DNA of 22,681 nt from Octopus sinensis (Eukaryota), in contig NW_021824187.1 of the NCBI RefSeq assembly GCF_006345805.1, positions 1 to 22,681 on the forward strand, given 5' to 3'. Below the pieces are notes generated by a model. It was not told the origin of the DNA and did not search any database. It saw only the letters and a list, made by a program, of their open reading frames with translations. The position numbers and the translations under genes were made by a program. Positions 10,537 through 20,654 of this stretch are shown here, in pieces (the first letter of the stretch is position 1; the number at the start of each line of letters is the position of its first letter).

Positions 10537-11016
10537 CCTGAATAGGGAGGAGCGAGCCTGTTTTCTCCCGGTAGTTGCTGTTGCGAAAGATGTAGTATGG
10601 AAGACGAGAGTGAAAGGAATTGCAACAGGCATGTTTATCTCCAGTCTCGAGCTAATCGACTTTTTCGTTTTCCACATGAAACGGAAAATAAGGCTGGAGA
10701 AGAAATGCCTGTCGCAAAGTGTGTTTCGTAAAAGATGGAAGTATATAGCAAGTATGTTGCGAGTGAAAGAACCTGTTTAATCGAGAATGTAAAAAAAGGA
10801 GAAAACAAAGTCTTCCGTGTGAGTATGTGGTTTGTGGGGTCGACCGTGTCCTCCGCTTCATTTTTTTGTTATTCACTCAATCTCATTTAATTGTATATAT
10901 TTGAATTGTTTTTGTTATCATACGTTTCGACTCATTCGATACCCTGACCCCAACGTTTGTTTGTCTGTCCCCGTATTGTCACCTCTTTTCTCAACCTTAT
11001 GGTAAATAAAGAAATA
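10537..11016 (+). mobile_element. 3' end of an L1/Tx1-like LINE (ORF2 C-terminus plus 3'UTR), followed by (CT)n
   Basis: LNREERACFLPVVAVAKDVVWKTRVKG...FFVFHMKRKIRLEKKCLSQSVFRKRW fits the L1-clade ORF2 C-terminal pattern (W-x-x-R ... F-x-x-R-W). Stop at 10780; the 3'UTR ends ggtaaataaagaaata. Confidence 0.75.
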
Positions 11017-11017
11017 C

Positions 11018-11071
<54 letters not shown>

Positions 11072-11285
11072 CTCTCTCTGTCTGGATTCTTTTTAGTTTC
11101 CTTCTTTTGTCTGCCGCAACTATATTATTAGAGGTATTGTCTTCTCAGCTGAACTTCAATGGCGTTAATAAACCTGTTGCCTTCTTTACGTCGGCGAGAC
11201 GTTTGTAGTGACCCCATAAAAACTACTACTACTACTACTACTACTGTTACTACTACTGTTACTACTACTGTTACTACTACCACTT

Positions 11286-11322
<37 letters not shown>

Positions 11323-11357
11323 AACTACTACTACTGTTACTACTACTACTACCACTT

Positions 11358-11390
<33 letters not shown>

Positions 11391-11420
11391 TACTACTACT
11401 ACTGTTACTACTACTACTGT

Positions 11421-11455
<35 letters not shown>

Positions 11456-11544
11456 ACCTCCTTTATCCTGTTAAGTTTGTATTAACTTCATAAAACCACC
11501 CCAGCAAAACCACAACCACCACCACAGCCACCACAACCACCACC

Positions 11545-11600
<56 letters not shown>

Positions 11601-11625
11601 CACCACCACCACCACTACTACTGGT
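11017..11625. repeat. (CT)n at 11017-11079, (ACT)n at 11222-11455, (ACC)/(ACT)n at 11500-11625
   Basis: Direct reading. Confidence 0.95.
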
Positions 11626-11958
11626 ATTGTTGTGGCTGCTGTGTGTGTATGTCTGTGTGTCTGCAAATATGCGCGCGCGCGAACGCATGTGTGCGTTGTG
11701 TGTGTGTGTGTAAGCATGGTTTGCGCGTGCGTTTAAAGATCTAAGCAGACGTATAAGCAGACATCAGGACAAAGAGTCACACGACAGATGGTCACGTGAG
11801 CGGCACAATTTCTTTCTTTCATACTTAAGTTTATCTCACACCTCTTTCCTTTACCTCAACACGAACCCACAGATGCGCCCATCACCTATTAAAAATCTGC
11901 ACGTACACACACACATTGATACATACAAACACATGCATACCGACATATACGCAAGCAT

Positions 11959-11991
<33 letters not shown>

Positions 11992-12221
11992 ATACATACA
12001 TATATATATATATATTATATATATATATATATATATACACATATATGTATTATATGTATGTATGTATATATATATGTATATATATATATATATATATATA
12101 ACTAAGTTAGGATAACATTTTTTTCGAGAAAAAATTTTATCAATGGCCAGCATATCAAAAAATACCTTTAAAGGTTTAAATTTTAAATAATTTACAAAAT
12201 AAGGGCAAAGCCCTATTTTGT

Positions 12222-12276
<55 letters not shown>

Positions 12277-12282
12277 TGTGTA

Positions 12283-12331
<49 letters not shown>

Positions 12332-12344
12332 GTGTGTGTGTGTG

Positions 12345-12556
12345 TATTCTGTTGCTTTTGGGGAGAGTCATTCTCTTTTGGTGCCTTATAATTTAACACT
12401 CTCACCGGTAAAATTTCCACTTATTTCTTTTTCATTTTTCTGAAAGTTTCGTAGCGTCTTGCAACCTTTTAGGAAAATAAAAAAGAAATAAGTGGAAATT
12501 TTACCGGTGAGTGAGTTAAATTATAAGGCAGCAAAAGAGATTGACACAACAGAATA
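12345..12556. repeat. Long imperfect palindrome (~85-97-bp arms, ~28-bp spacer), probably Penelope-like-element derived
   Basis: 12372-12432 is the reverse complement of ~12479-12539 with about 3 mismatches; outer tattctgttg / caacagaata. Confidence 0.9.
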
Positions 12557-12724
12557 TGCTTTAACACACGAACTCACATAAAGAATCCTGCTGACCAAAT
12601 TCCCAATCTATATATATATGTGTGTGTGCGTGTGCGTGCGTGTGTGTGTGTACGTGTTTGTGAGTTGTGTGTGCGTGTGTGTGCGTGCGTGTGTGTGTGT
12701 GTGCGTGTGTGTGTGTGCGTGTGT

Positions 12725-13094
12725 GTGCCCAGTGGTTAGGGCAGCGGACTGGCGGTCGTAGGATCGCGGTTTTGATTCCCATACCGGGCGTTGTGAATGT
12801 TTATTGAGCGAAAACACATAATGTTCCACGAGGCTCCGGCAGGGAGTGTGGTGGCGACCCCTGTTGTACGCTTTCACCACAACTTTCTTTCACTTTTTTT
12901 CCCCTGTTTCTGTTGTACCTGTCTTTCACAGAGCCAGCTTTGTCACACTCTGTGTCACGCTGAATCTCCCCGAAATCTACGTTAAGGGTACACGTGTCTG
13001 TGGGGTGCTCAGCCACTTGCACGTAATTTCACGAGCAGACTTTTCCGTTGATCGGAGCAACTGGAACCCACGTCGTCGTAACCGATGGAGTGCC
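12725..13094 (+). mobile_element. tRNA-derived SINE family C (single copy in window)
   Basis: A-box-like gcccagtggttagg, tRNA-like arm ggactggcggtc, B-box-like ggttttgattcc, then ~300 bp of body ending cgtcgtcgtaaccgatggagtgcc. Confidence 0.7.
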
Positions 13095-13266
13095 TCGATA
13101 TATATATATTATATATATATATCTATAATATATAATATATATATATATCGTATATATATATGTATATATATATGTATATGTATATATATGATATTAATAG
13201 ATATATTTGTATATATATATATGCATATATATATATATATACATATTATTATATATATATATATAT

Positions 13267-13668
13267 ACTTACTTGGTTCAGTCATTTGACTACGGCCATG
13301 CTGAAGCACCGCCTTTAGTCGAGCAAATCGACCCCGAGACTATTCTTTGTAAGCCTAGTACTTATTCTATCGGTCTCTTTTGCCGAACCGTAAGTGACGG
13401 GGACATAAACACCTCAGCATCGGTTGTCAAGCAATGCTAGGAGGACAAACACAGACACAAAACAACACACACACACACACGCATATATATATATATTATA
13501 CATACATACATACATACATACATGCATACATACATATATACTACGAGCTTCTTTCAGTTTCCGTCTACCATATCCACTCACAAGGCTTTGGTCGACCCGA
13601 GGCTATAGTAAAAAACAGACAGATGTGGTTGGTAAGCAAGCTACTTACCACACAGCCATTCCTGCGCC
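13267..13668 (-). mobile_element. SINE family B with the B-box/CORE segment deleted
   Basis: Aligns with 9627-10034 but lacks gaagacacttgcccaag...gactgaacccgg near 13610-13620. Confidence 0.92.
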
Positions 13669-14239
13669 TATATATATATATATATATATAATATACATAA
13701 ATGTACACATGCTTGTATCTTCAATACATTTGTTACATTCTCTTCACACACCCACATATGCACGCACTCACATACATAGAAGAAAATACATGCGTGCTTA
13801 TATACATCCACATTTCTGAACGTCGACACATCCGCATGCGTTGGCGCAGTCAGTGAGGCATGGCTGCAGACACAAACGGCCTCCACCGCTCCAGACCCGA
13901 TACGTTCACCCAACATTGCACCTGCATGGTAACCGAGATGATGTCTTGACTTTTATTCAATAAATATATTTTGCTTTTTTGTTTGTTTGTTTTTTTTTGC
14001 TATTATTTTTTGGGCTATTATTATTATTGCAGATGGTTTGAAACAATAGCAACAACAACAATAATAAAACCACCGCCGCCACCACCACCACCACCAACAA
14101 CAACAACAAACAACAACAACAATAACAACCGGAGCAGTCACAAAGAAACAGACAGAAACAATAAAGGTTTGTTTTATAAGGTGCAGAGCGCCAAATTTTA
14201 GGACTTCAGGGAAACAGCACAACTGATTAATACCATCCA

Positions 14240-14436
14240 GAGATTACTCAGAGTGGCTAGTGGTATGTATTGAAAGACCGGCCAAGATGGTCAAGAAGCC
14301 ATTGAGTACTTTTACATTTTTTCCTGCCGTCACTATAGTATTCAAGATTTTGTCATCTCATTTAAACTTCAATGACGTTAATAAACCTGTTGCTTCCTTC
14401 ACGTAGTCGAGAAGCTTGTAGTGGCCTCATAAAAAC
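14240..14436. repeat. Unclassified interspersed repeat X, copy 2 (uninterrupted)
   Basis: ggtatgtattgaa..gccaagatggtcaagaagccatt...aacttcaatgacgttaataaacctgttgc...ttgtagtggcctcataaaaac matches the pieces of 10222-11222. Confidence 0.8.
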
Positions 14437-14442
14437 TTGTGT

Positions 14443-14588
14443 CAGTCACGGGAAACCTGCGGCCCGCGGGACTTTCCGAATGGTACACCTAACGAGAAAT
14501 GACCTTGAGTAGTTTTAGTAGTGCGGTCCGCCTAAGAATGAGTCGTGTCTCATGCGGCCCGCTTCTTGAAAACGTTGTCCAGACTTAC
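14443..14588. mobile_element. Decayed hAT/Charlie-like MITE
   Basis: Left end cagtcacgggaaacctgcggcccgcggg and right end gcggcccgc...aaaacgttgtccagact fit the cagg..ggcaacctgcggcccgc / aaaggttgccc..cctg pattern of hAT MITEs (recalled). No clean 8-bp TSD. Confidence 0.5.
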
Positions 14589-14974
14589 TCTACATTGTTC
14601 CTCAGCCTGTTGGAAATCACATTCAAGTGTCCCTTAATGGAAAAAAAATATTAAGGGCACACTGGATCACCTAGCCTTAGATACCTAGACTCATGAATGT
14701 ACAATGTCTGAATATGAGAGACGACATGGTCACAGATGGAATGTCTTTTTAACTGTGTTATGGCATACACTCTGTATATCTTGAATTGTTAAGTAGTTCT
14801 CTGAATCACTTTTTATCTTGAATCCCATGTCACATGTTTCTGCTTCCAGGCTCCGCATTTTGGTTGTCTTTATTTTCAAATAATTTCTCTATTTCTTTCC
14901 CAGATACATTATCCTCGTAGAGAAGGATCCTTCAGTAACGAAACACTCATTTTTAACCCCTGATGCATCACAGT

Positions 14975-15505
14975 GGATCGAGTACACCAGAGATACGGAG
15001 AAGGCTCGCGATAGCGAAGCAAGCGGTACAAGATATGGAGAACATCTAGAAGAGTCGTGGCGGGTCAATGCTGCTGAAGATAAGGCTACTTCGGGTTGCC
15101 GCTGCCTCTATTGCGACGTACAGCAGCAAGTCGTGGACCATGTTGAAGGCAGACGAGAAGAGAGTGAACGCTTTTGAAATGTGGTGTTATCGCAGAATCC
15201 TTAGAGTGCCGTGGACGGAGAGAAGGACGAACAACTGGGTACTAGAAAAGCTCGGCTGCGAGATGACGCTTCGGCGAAACATTATGAAGCGGAAGCTACG
15301 GTTCTTTGGCCACGTTATGCGCCAGGATGGACTTGAGCGAAGGATCATAACTGGCAAGGTCAACGGCAGACTAAAAGAGGCAGACCACCCACTCCTTGAC
15401 TGAAAGACATCGCAGCCACAGGATTGTCTTTATTCTCAGCTGTCCATGGGTAGAGGACAGGAGAAGGTGGCATCGGAAAGTGCGACACCTGACTAGGACT
15501 AGGAC
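14975..15505 (+). mobile_element. 3' fragment of an RTE-clade LINE (post-RT region) with a short-repeat tail
   Basis: SSTPEIRRRLAIAK...SKSWTM..ADEKRVNAFEMWCYRRILRVPWTERRTNNWVL...RKLRFFGHVMRQDGLERRIITGKVNG are hallmark RTE C-terminal motifs; tail gactaggactaggac. Confidence 0.92.
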
Positions 15506-17599
15506 ATTACAGTAATATTCGGTTGTTTGTTTTTCTTTTTATACCAGAGTCTGTACGGATTGGGTTATATCCCAAATTATAGTCATATTATAGTCATATC
15601 ATAGATTATAGTCATATTATCACTCTCTCAGACATTTTCAAGCTTATTACTGTTATTGCTACGTTCGTCATGAAACTCACTTCAAATGGTGTTTCTGAAT
15701 GTCTTGTACAGTTATTACTGGTTTTTCCCAATTCAGATCTTGTTGCATTTAATTTTATTGCAGAACTGATCATGAATAGAAAGAACAGGTCTTTTCTTAG
15801 TTGGTGATCTCTGTTATCAGTGAATTTTGTAAAAACTTTGTTTTTATAATGGAACAAAAGCTAAGTCGAGGTATTGAAGGTGTTTGCCAGCGAGAAAAGA
15901 ACAGAGGAAGGGTCAGAAAGAAAGAAAGAATAGACAGTTACGGAAGGAGAACCTATTCGTTATGGAAGAAGAAGCTCTTCGTTACGGAACGACAAAGACG
16001 AATAAAGTATGCGCATGTCTGGTACTAATTTGCAAAAGTTCACGGCTGTTGCGATCGCAAAGTCACGAGCAACAACTGCAGCGCCATTAATGCCAGCTTT
16101 AGCAGCGACATCAATATCATTTTCGACTGCAACATCAATAGCAGCGATGTCGACGAATGTGGCGGCTAAGATGATAGCACCAGCATTGCCGTTACGAAAT
16201 ATACCAGCGCCACGGCCAGATGATTGATGGTTGTCTCAGTTGACTTCGCAAGATGGTAGCAGTAACACACCACCACCATAACCATCACCACCACCACCAC
16301 CACCAATAACAACAACAGCAACGGCACCCCACCACCACTACCAGCTCTGCCACGGCCGTTTTCGTCACCGGCACCAGCGGCACTTCAACCACTGCTAGCA
16401 ACCACTTCACAGAAGAAACAGCAACAGCAGCAGCAGCAGCAGCAACGTGTACTCGGTGATTGGGTCGATCTGGTCAAATTGCCAAATGCACTAAACATAC
16501 GTTCACTCTATTACGTGTTGATCGATGACCGATTGATATCACGTGATGTGCCGATCATATTGACTTGCAGATCAAAGTCACTCGCCACACAGGTCAAAGC
16601 ACTGCAGTCGCAAATAAACCGTGCCGGTTGGTTGGTGCGCAGTTTAGCATTTCCGTTTCTTTTGGTACAAATCTTATGCACAAAGATGCTCACAAATTAT
16701 TGCAGATGAAAATCGAACATGCTGATAGGAATTGTACAAAGGAAAACGGTAATAACATGTATGAAGTTTTATGACATCTTAGTTGTCTGTTGCGTTACAT
16801 TTTTTTTTCCAGAATTTTTACGTCTTTAAAAAAGTCAGTTTTTCGGTTTTGGCATCTTTGTTCACTTCTCTTAAACAAGAAAGAACGAAATTGCAGCGTT
16901 AACCAACCTCAATTTATTCAACGTGTTTACAAGTAAATTCACGTGACACGCGAGTGTCAAAAATACTAATGGTAAACGTGATCAAATTTAAAGAATAATA
17001 AAATTAAATTGTCTTGTAATAAATACAAGAAAGACTTGCCAAAACAAATATTAGTGAGAAAATATTACTGTGAATGAAAACAGAAACTGTGGGAATTGCA
17101 ACGTCAATAATAACATCAGTAACAACATACTATCATTTTCCAACGTTATGGAGCAAAAGGAGCGGCTTGAATTATGTGTAATGAGGAGTTGGCAAAGTAC
17201 TTGACAAACGCCAGTACCTTCTTGCTTGACGAATTTATCGAGTAAAAAGTAAGGAGAGATGGCTTCCAATTTCCAGCTATGGCACACACACCGATTCCAT
17301 GAACAAAGATCTTGAAAGTATCTATAGATAGAAATATGCCAATCAGCACAACTCGTATCAAAAATAAAAAATAATCCTCATAGTAGCCTCACCATATACA
17401 CGAACAGTATACAGTCGGAACACTCAAAATTGGTTACATTTCTGGGATTCATTACTACGCAGGTCCTCTCTTGGCAAAAGCACATCTTTAATATAGCTAG
17501 AATCACATCTGAACGACTGGTTCTTCTCATAGGCGCTCGCTAGAAGCTATTTAATCTTCCTTCTCACCAAGTTTATGGACATTCTACGAAGCTCTGATG

Positions 17600-17800
17600 A
17601 AGCCTAGAAAGGAGCGTTATTCTCGCTTTTAGGAAGCTGAATTGTTTGAGGAAAGACACCGTCTTCGCTCAAGCTCTCATCCACTTTAAGTTCTACTTGG
17701 ATAAGAAAGTGAAGGTGGAGGGGAAAGTGCTACCTCCTAGATACTTTGTGAAGACGAGCGTCTGTGACAAAAATGAATAGCGTGTCTGTAAATACGTGTT
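17600..17800 (+). mobile_element. Older L1/Tx1-like ORF2 C-terminal relic
   Basis: Frame from 17670 reads QALIHFKFYLDKKVKVEGKVLPPRYFVK, which aligns with LELIDFFVFHMKRKIRLEKKCLSQSVFRK of 10537-10780. Confidence 0.5.
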
Positions 17801-18242
17801 TGTAGATTCAAAATTATAAGAGAGGGGTCGTGTCTTTGGTGGTCAGGGTAATCCTGGATCTATAGAGTTCCTTAGTTAACCCTAGCTTGAGTTTCTCCTG
17901 TACCAAGAGGACCTCAGCGTTCATATTATCACATATTCTGTATAATGTGTACATATACTTTTATCGCATCTCATCGTTTTCTTTTCCATTTCTTTCTCCT
18001 CGTCTTTTATGTAAACACCCACACAAATTGTTGCGATGTACCCCACCCCCGCCACCCCATCTATGCTCCTGCGACTAATAAAGGAAAGCATTATTATTTT
18101 TTTATTGTTGTTGTTAATGTTGTTGTTTAATACAGTTCATTTGCTGGAGGACGTCACAAACTGTCAGCTGCTTGCCATATAAGGGATAACGGTAACACTC
18201 TTCATTCAAATTTCGAGAACTTAGCAGAGGATTCGGGCGATA

Positions 18243-18295
18243 TCACCACCACCACCACCACCACCCAACCACCACCACCACCACCACCACCCCAC

Positions 18296-18350
<55 letters not shown>

Positions 18351-18375
18351 TCATCATCATCGTCATTATTATTAT
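18243..18375. repeat. (CAC)n/(CAT)n microsatellite
   Basis: Direct reading. Confidence 0.95.
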
Positions 18376-18378
18376 GAA

Positions 18379-18550
18379 GGCGGCGCGTTAGCACGCCGGG
18401 CGAAACGCTTGGCGGCGTTTCGTTAGTCTTTACGTTCTGCGTTCAAATTCCGTCGAGGTCGACTTTGTCTTTCACCCTTTCGGGGCCGATGGAATACGTA
18501 CTATTTCATTCCCCCAAAATATCAGGCCTTGTGCTTATAGCAGAAACTAT
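18379..18550 (+). mobile_element. Diverged, internally deleted SINE family A, tail type 1
   Basis: ggcggcg..gttagcacgccgggcgaaacgctt..gcgttcaaattccgtcgaggtcgactttgtctttcaccctttcgggg...caggccttgtgcttatagcagaaactatt. Confidence 0.85.
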
Positions 18551-18893
18551 TGCTGTTGTTGTTGTTGTTCTCGTCGTCGTTATAGCAACAACAATAGAAT
18601 AATCACGACACGAACAAAAGCAAAAAAGCGAAAAAAAAAATAATAATCAGAAAACATAAATGAGGAATAAACAAAGACACAAAAACAGAATATTCTTAAA
18701 GGTAAGGGTTAGGGGACAGAAAAAATTTTGTGAATGAGATAATTGCCCTAAGTATCCAATTGAGAGGATTTAGTGAATAGGGGCCAGTAAGGGGATGTCA
18801 GAATATGTGTGTGTGAGAGAGAGACTGTATGTGTTTGTGTATTATTTTACCTTGTCTTTACTTTTTCTTTACTTTTTGTGTGTATATATAAAA

Positions 18894-18974
<81 letters not shown>

Positions 18975-19244
18975 TGTGTGTGTATGTATGTATGTATATA
19001 CATACACATATGATGAGAATATAATTTTTTTAAAGAACGTAGTACACAATACATGCATGCACACAACATGCGTAGGTCTGTAATCTATGTATGTATGTAT
19101 GTTTTGTATTTATATATATATATACATATACTTATATATATATATAATTATATATATATATACATAATATATACATAATATATATATTATATATACATAT
19201 ATATATTATATATATATATATATTAGATATATATATACATAAAA

Positions 19245-19500
19245 TAAATATTAGGGAATAAATCCAAATTTACAAGGGAAAAAAATCAGATTTAGGATTA
19301 AATCCAATTTTATAGTAAAATATTATAAAATATTATAAAATAATTTGAAACTGACTTATTGGAAGTCCACCTGAAGATTGTCGATCAAGACAAGAAACGA
19401 TTGTAGTGGCGGTTTTTTTGACTATTTATTAAAATTTTATGTATTGATTAAGTCTTTCCTTGTTTGTTTTGCAAAATAGTGGTTTTGTCTCTAATAATAT
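19245..19500 (+). mobile_element. AT-rich Penelope-like element pseudo-LTR fragment carrying a hammerhead ribozyme
   Basis: Contains the minimal type I hammerhead at 19367-19409, an established hallmark of Penelope-like elements. No GIY-YIG or RT ORF seen. Confidence 0.55.
19367..19409 (+). ncRNA. Minimal type I hammerhead ribozyme
   Basis: Stem I ccac(19367-70)/gtgg(19406-09); core CTGAAGA (19371-77); stem II ttgtc/gacaa with loop gatcaa; GAAA (19394-97); 2-bp stem III with loop gatt; cleavage triplet GTA (19403-05). Confidence 0.8.
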
Positions 19501-19717
19501 TTTATATATACATATATATATATTATATTATATATATATATACATACATATATATATATATATATTATTCTTATATATACATATATAATATAATATATAT
19601 ATAATATAATATATATATATTAAATATATATTATATATATAATATATATATATATATAATATATATATTATATTTTCTATATATATATATATTATATTAT
19701 ATTATATATATATATTA

Positions 19718-19756
<39 letters not shown>

Positions 19757-19785
19757 TACATACATATATAATATATATATATATA

Positions 19786-19827
<42 letters not shown>

Positions 19828-19828
19828 T
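19500..19828. repeat. Degenerate (AT)n/(ATT) tract
   Basis: Direct reading. Confidence 0.95.
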
Positions 19829-20191
19829 CCAAGAAGGTTAGAGGTTGTGAATCCAACCAACAAATGGATAATATCTATCCAATATACTGCTGGTAGAATA
19901 CCCAATTATTAATATACAAGTGTTTTTTTTATTGCATTGCAATTATATTACCGAGTGTACTAAATGGGTGAGGGTAAAGAGATATTTTACCATTAATTTA
20001 TAGAGCAATAAGAAAATGGAGGGGATCAATAGGTGGTTCATCAACTTTTAGACATTATATTACGTCAAGTTATTTATTTATTTACTAAAATGACAATTAC
20101 AAGAATATACATACATGTATAACATATTATGCTTTACATATAAAATATATAAAGATACCAGCAATTATTAAAATATATAACATACAGGAAT

Positions 20192-20226
<35 letters not shown>

Positions 20227-20236
20227 ATGTATATGT

Positions 20237-20465
20237 GGAGGCGCGTAGCTTAGTGGTTAGGGTGTCAGCATCATGATCGTAAGATTGTGGTTTCGATTCC
20301 TGGACCGCGCGACGCGTTGTGTTCTTGAGCAAAACACTTGATTTCACGTTGCTCCAGCTGGCAAAAATGAGTAACGCTGCGATGGACTGGCGTCCCGTCC
20401 AGCTGGGGAACACATACACCATAGAAACCGGGCCCATAAGCCTGGCTAGGCTTTAAAAGGCGCAT
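20237..20465 (+). mobile_element. tRNA-derived SINE family D
   Basis: Head ggaggcgcgtagcttagtggttagggtg (A-box), B-box ggtttcgattcc (20289-20300), CORE-like ttgtgttcttgagcaaaacact (20317-20338), gcgatggactggcgtcccgtccag (20379-20402), end gctttaaaagggcgcat followed by a T-rich tail. Confidence 0.85.
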
Positions 20466-20654
20466 TTATTATTTTTTATGTATGTATGTATGTATGCATA
20501 TACATACATATATGATGAGAATATAATTTATTAAAAAGAACGTAGTTAACACAAATACATGCACACACACAGTTACATACACACACATACACACTCAGAC
20601 ACACACACACTCACACACACACACACACACACATACACACACACACACATATAT

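Larger units (their letters stand above)
10222..11222. repeat. Unclassified interspersed repeat X, copy 1, interrupted by a SINE and a LINE fragment
   Basis: Segments 10222-10254, 10485-10536 and ~11095-11222 join up to match the uninterrupted copy at 14240-14436. Confidence 0.8.

Noticed and set aside
14614-14660. Hairpin gtgtcccttaat...attaagggcac
   Set aside because: Short (11 bp), AT-rich, with no context supporting function.
15612-15857. Minus-strand 81-aa ORF in unique AT-rich sequence
   Set aside because: No recognisable homology; both strands are open in the same register, consistent with chance.
17146-17361. Minus-strand 71-aa hydrophobic ORF (MIRVVLIGIFLSIDTFKIF...FANSSLHII), superficially membrane-protein/GPCR-like
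   Set aside because: Short, no diagnostic motif (no NPxxY or DRY), no clear splice signals. BLASTX would be needed.
17590-17625. CTGATGA-agcct-agaa-agg motif
   Set aside because: No GAAA after a closed stem II and no stem I; it lies within an L1-like coding relic.
18700-18715. ggtaagggttaggg, telomere-like or Helentron-like motif
   Set aside because: Fewer than two full TTAGGG units and no supporting structure.
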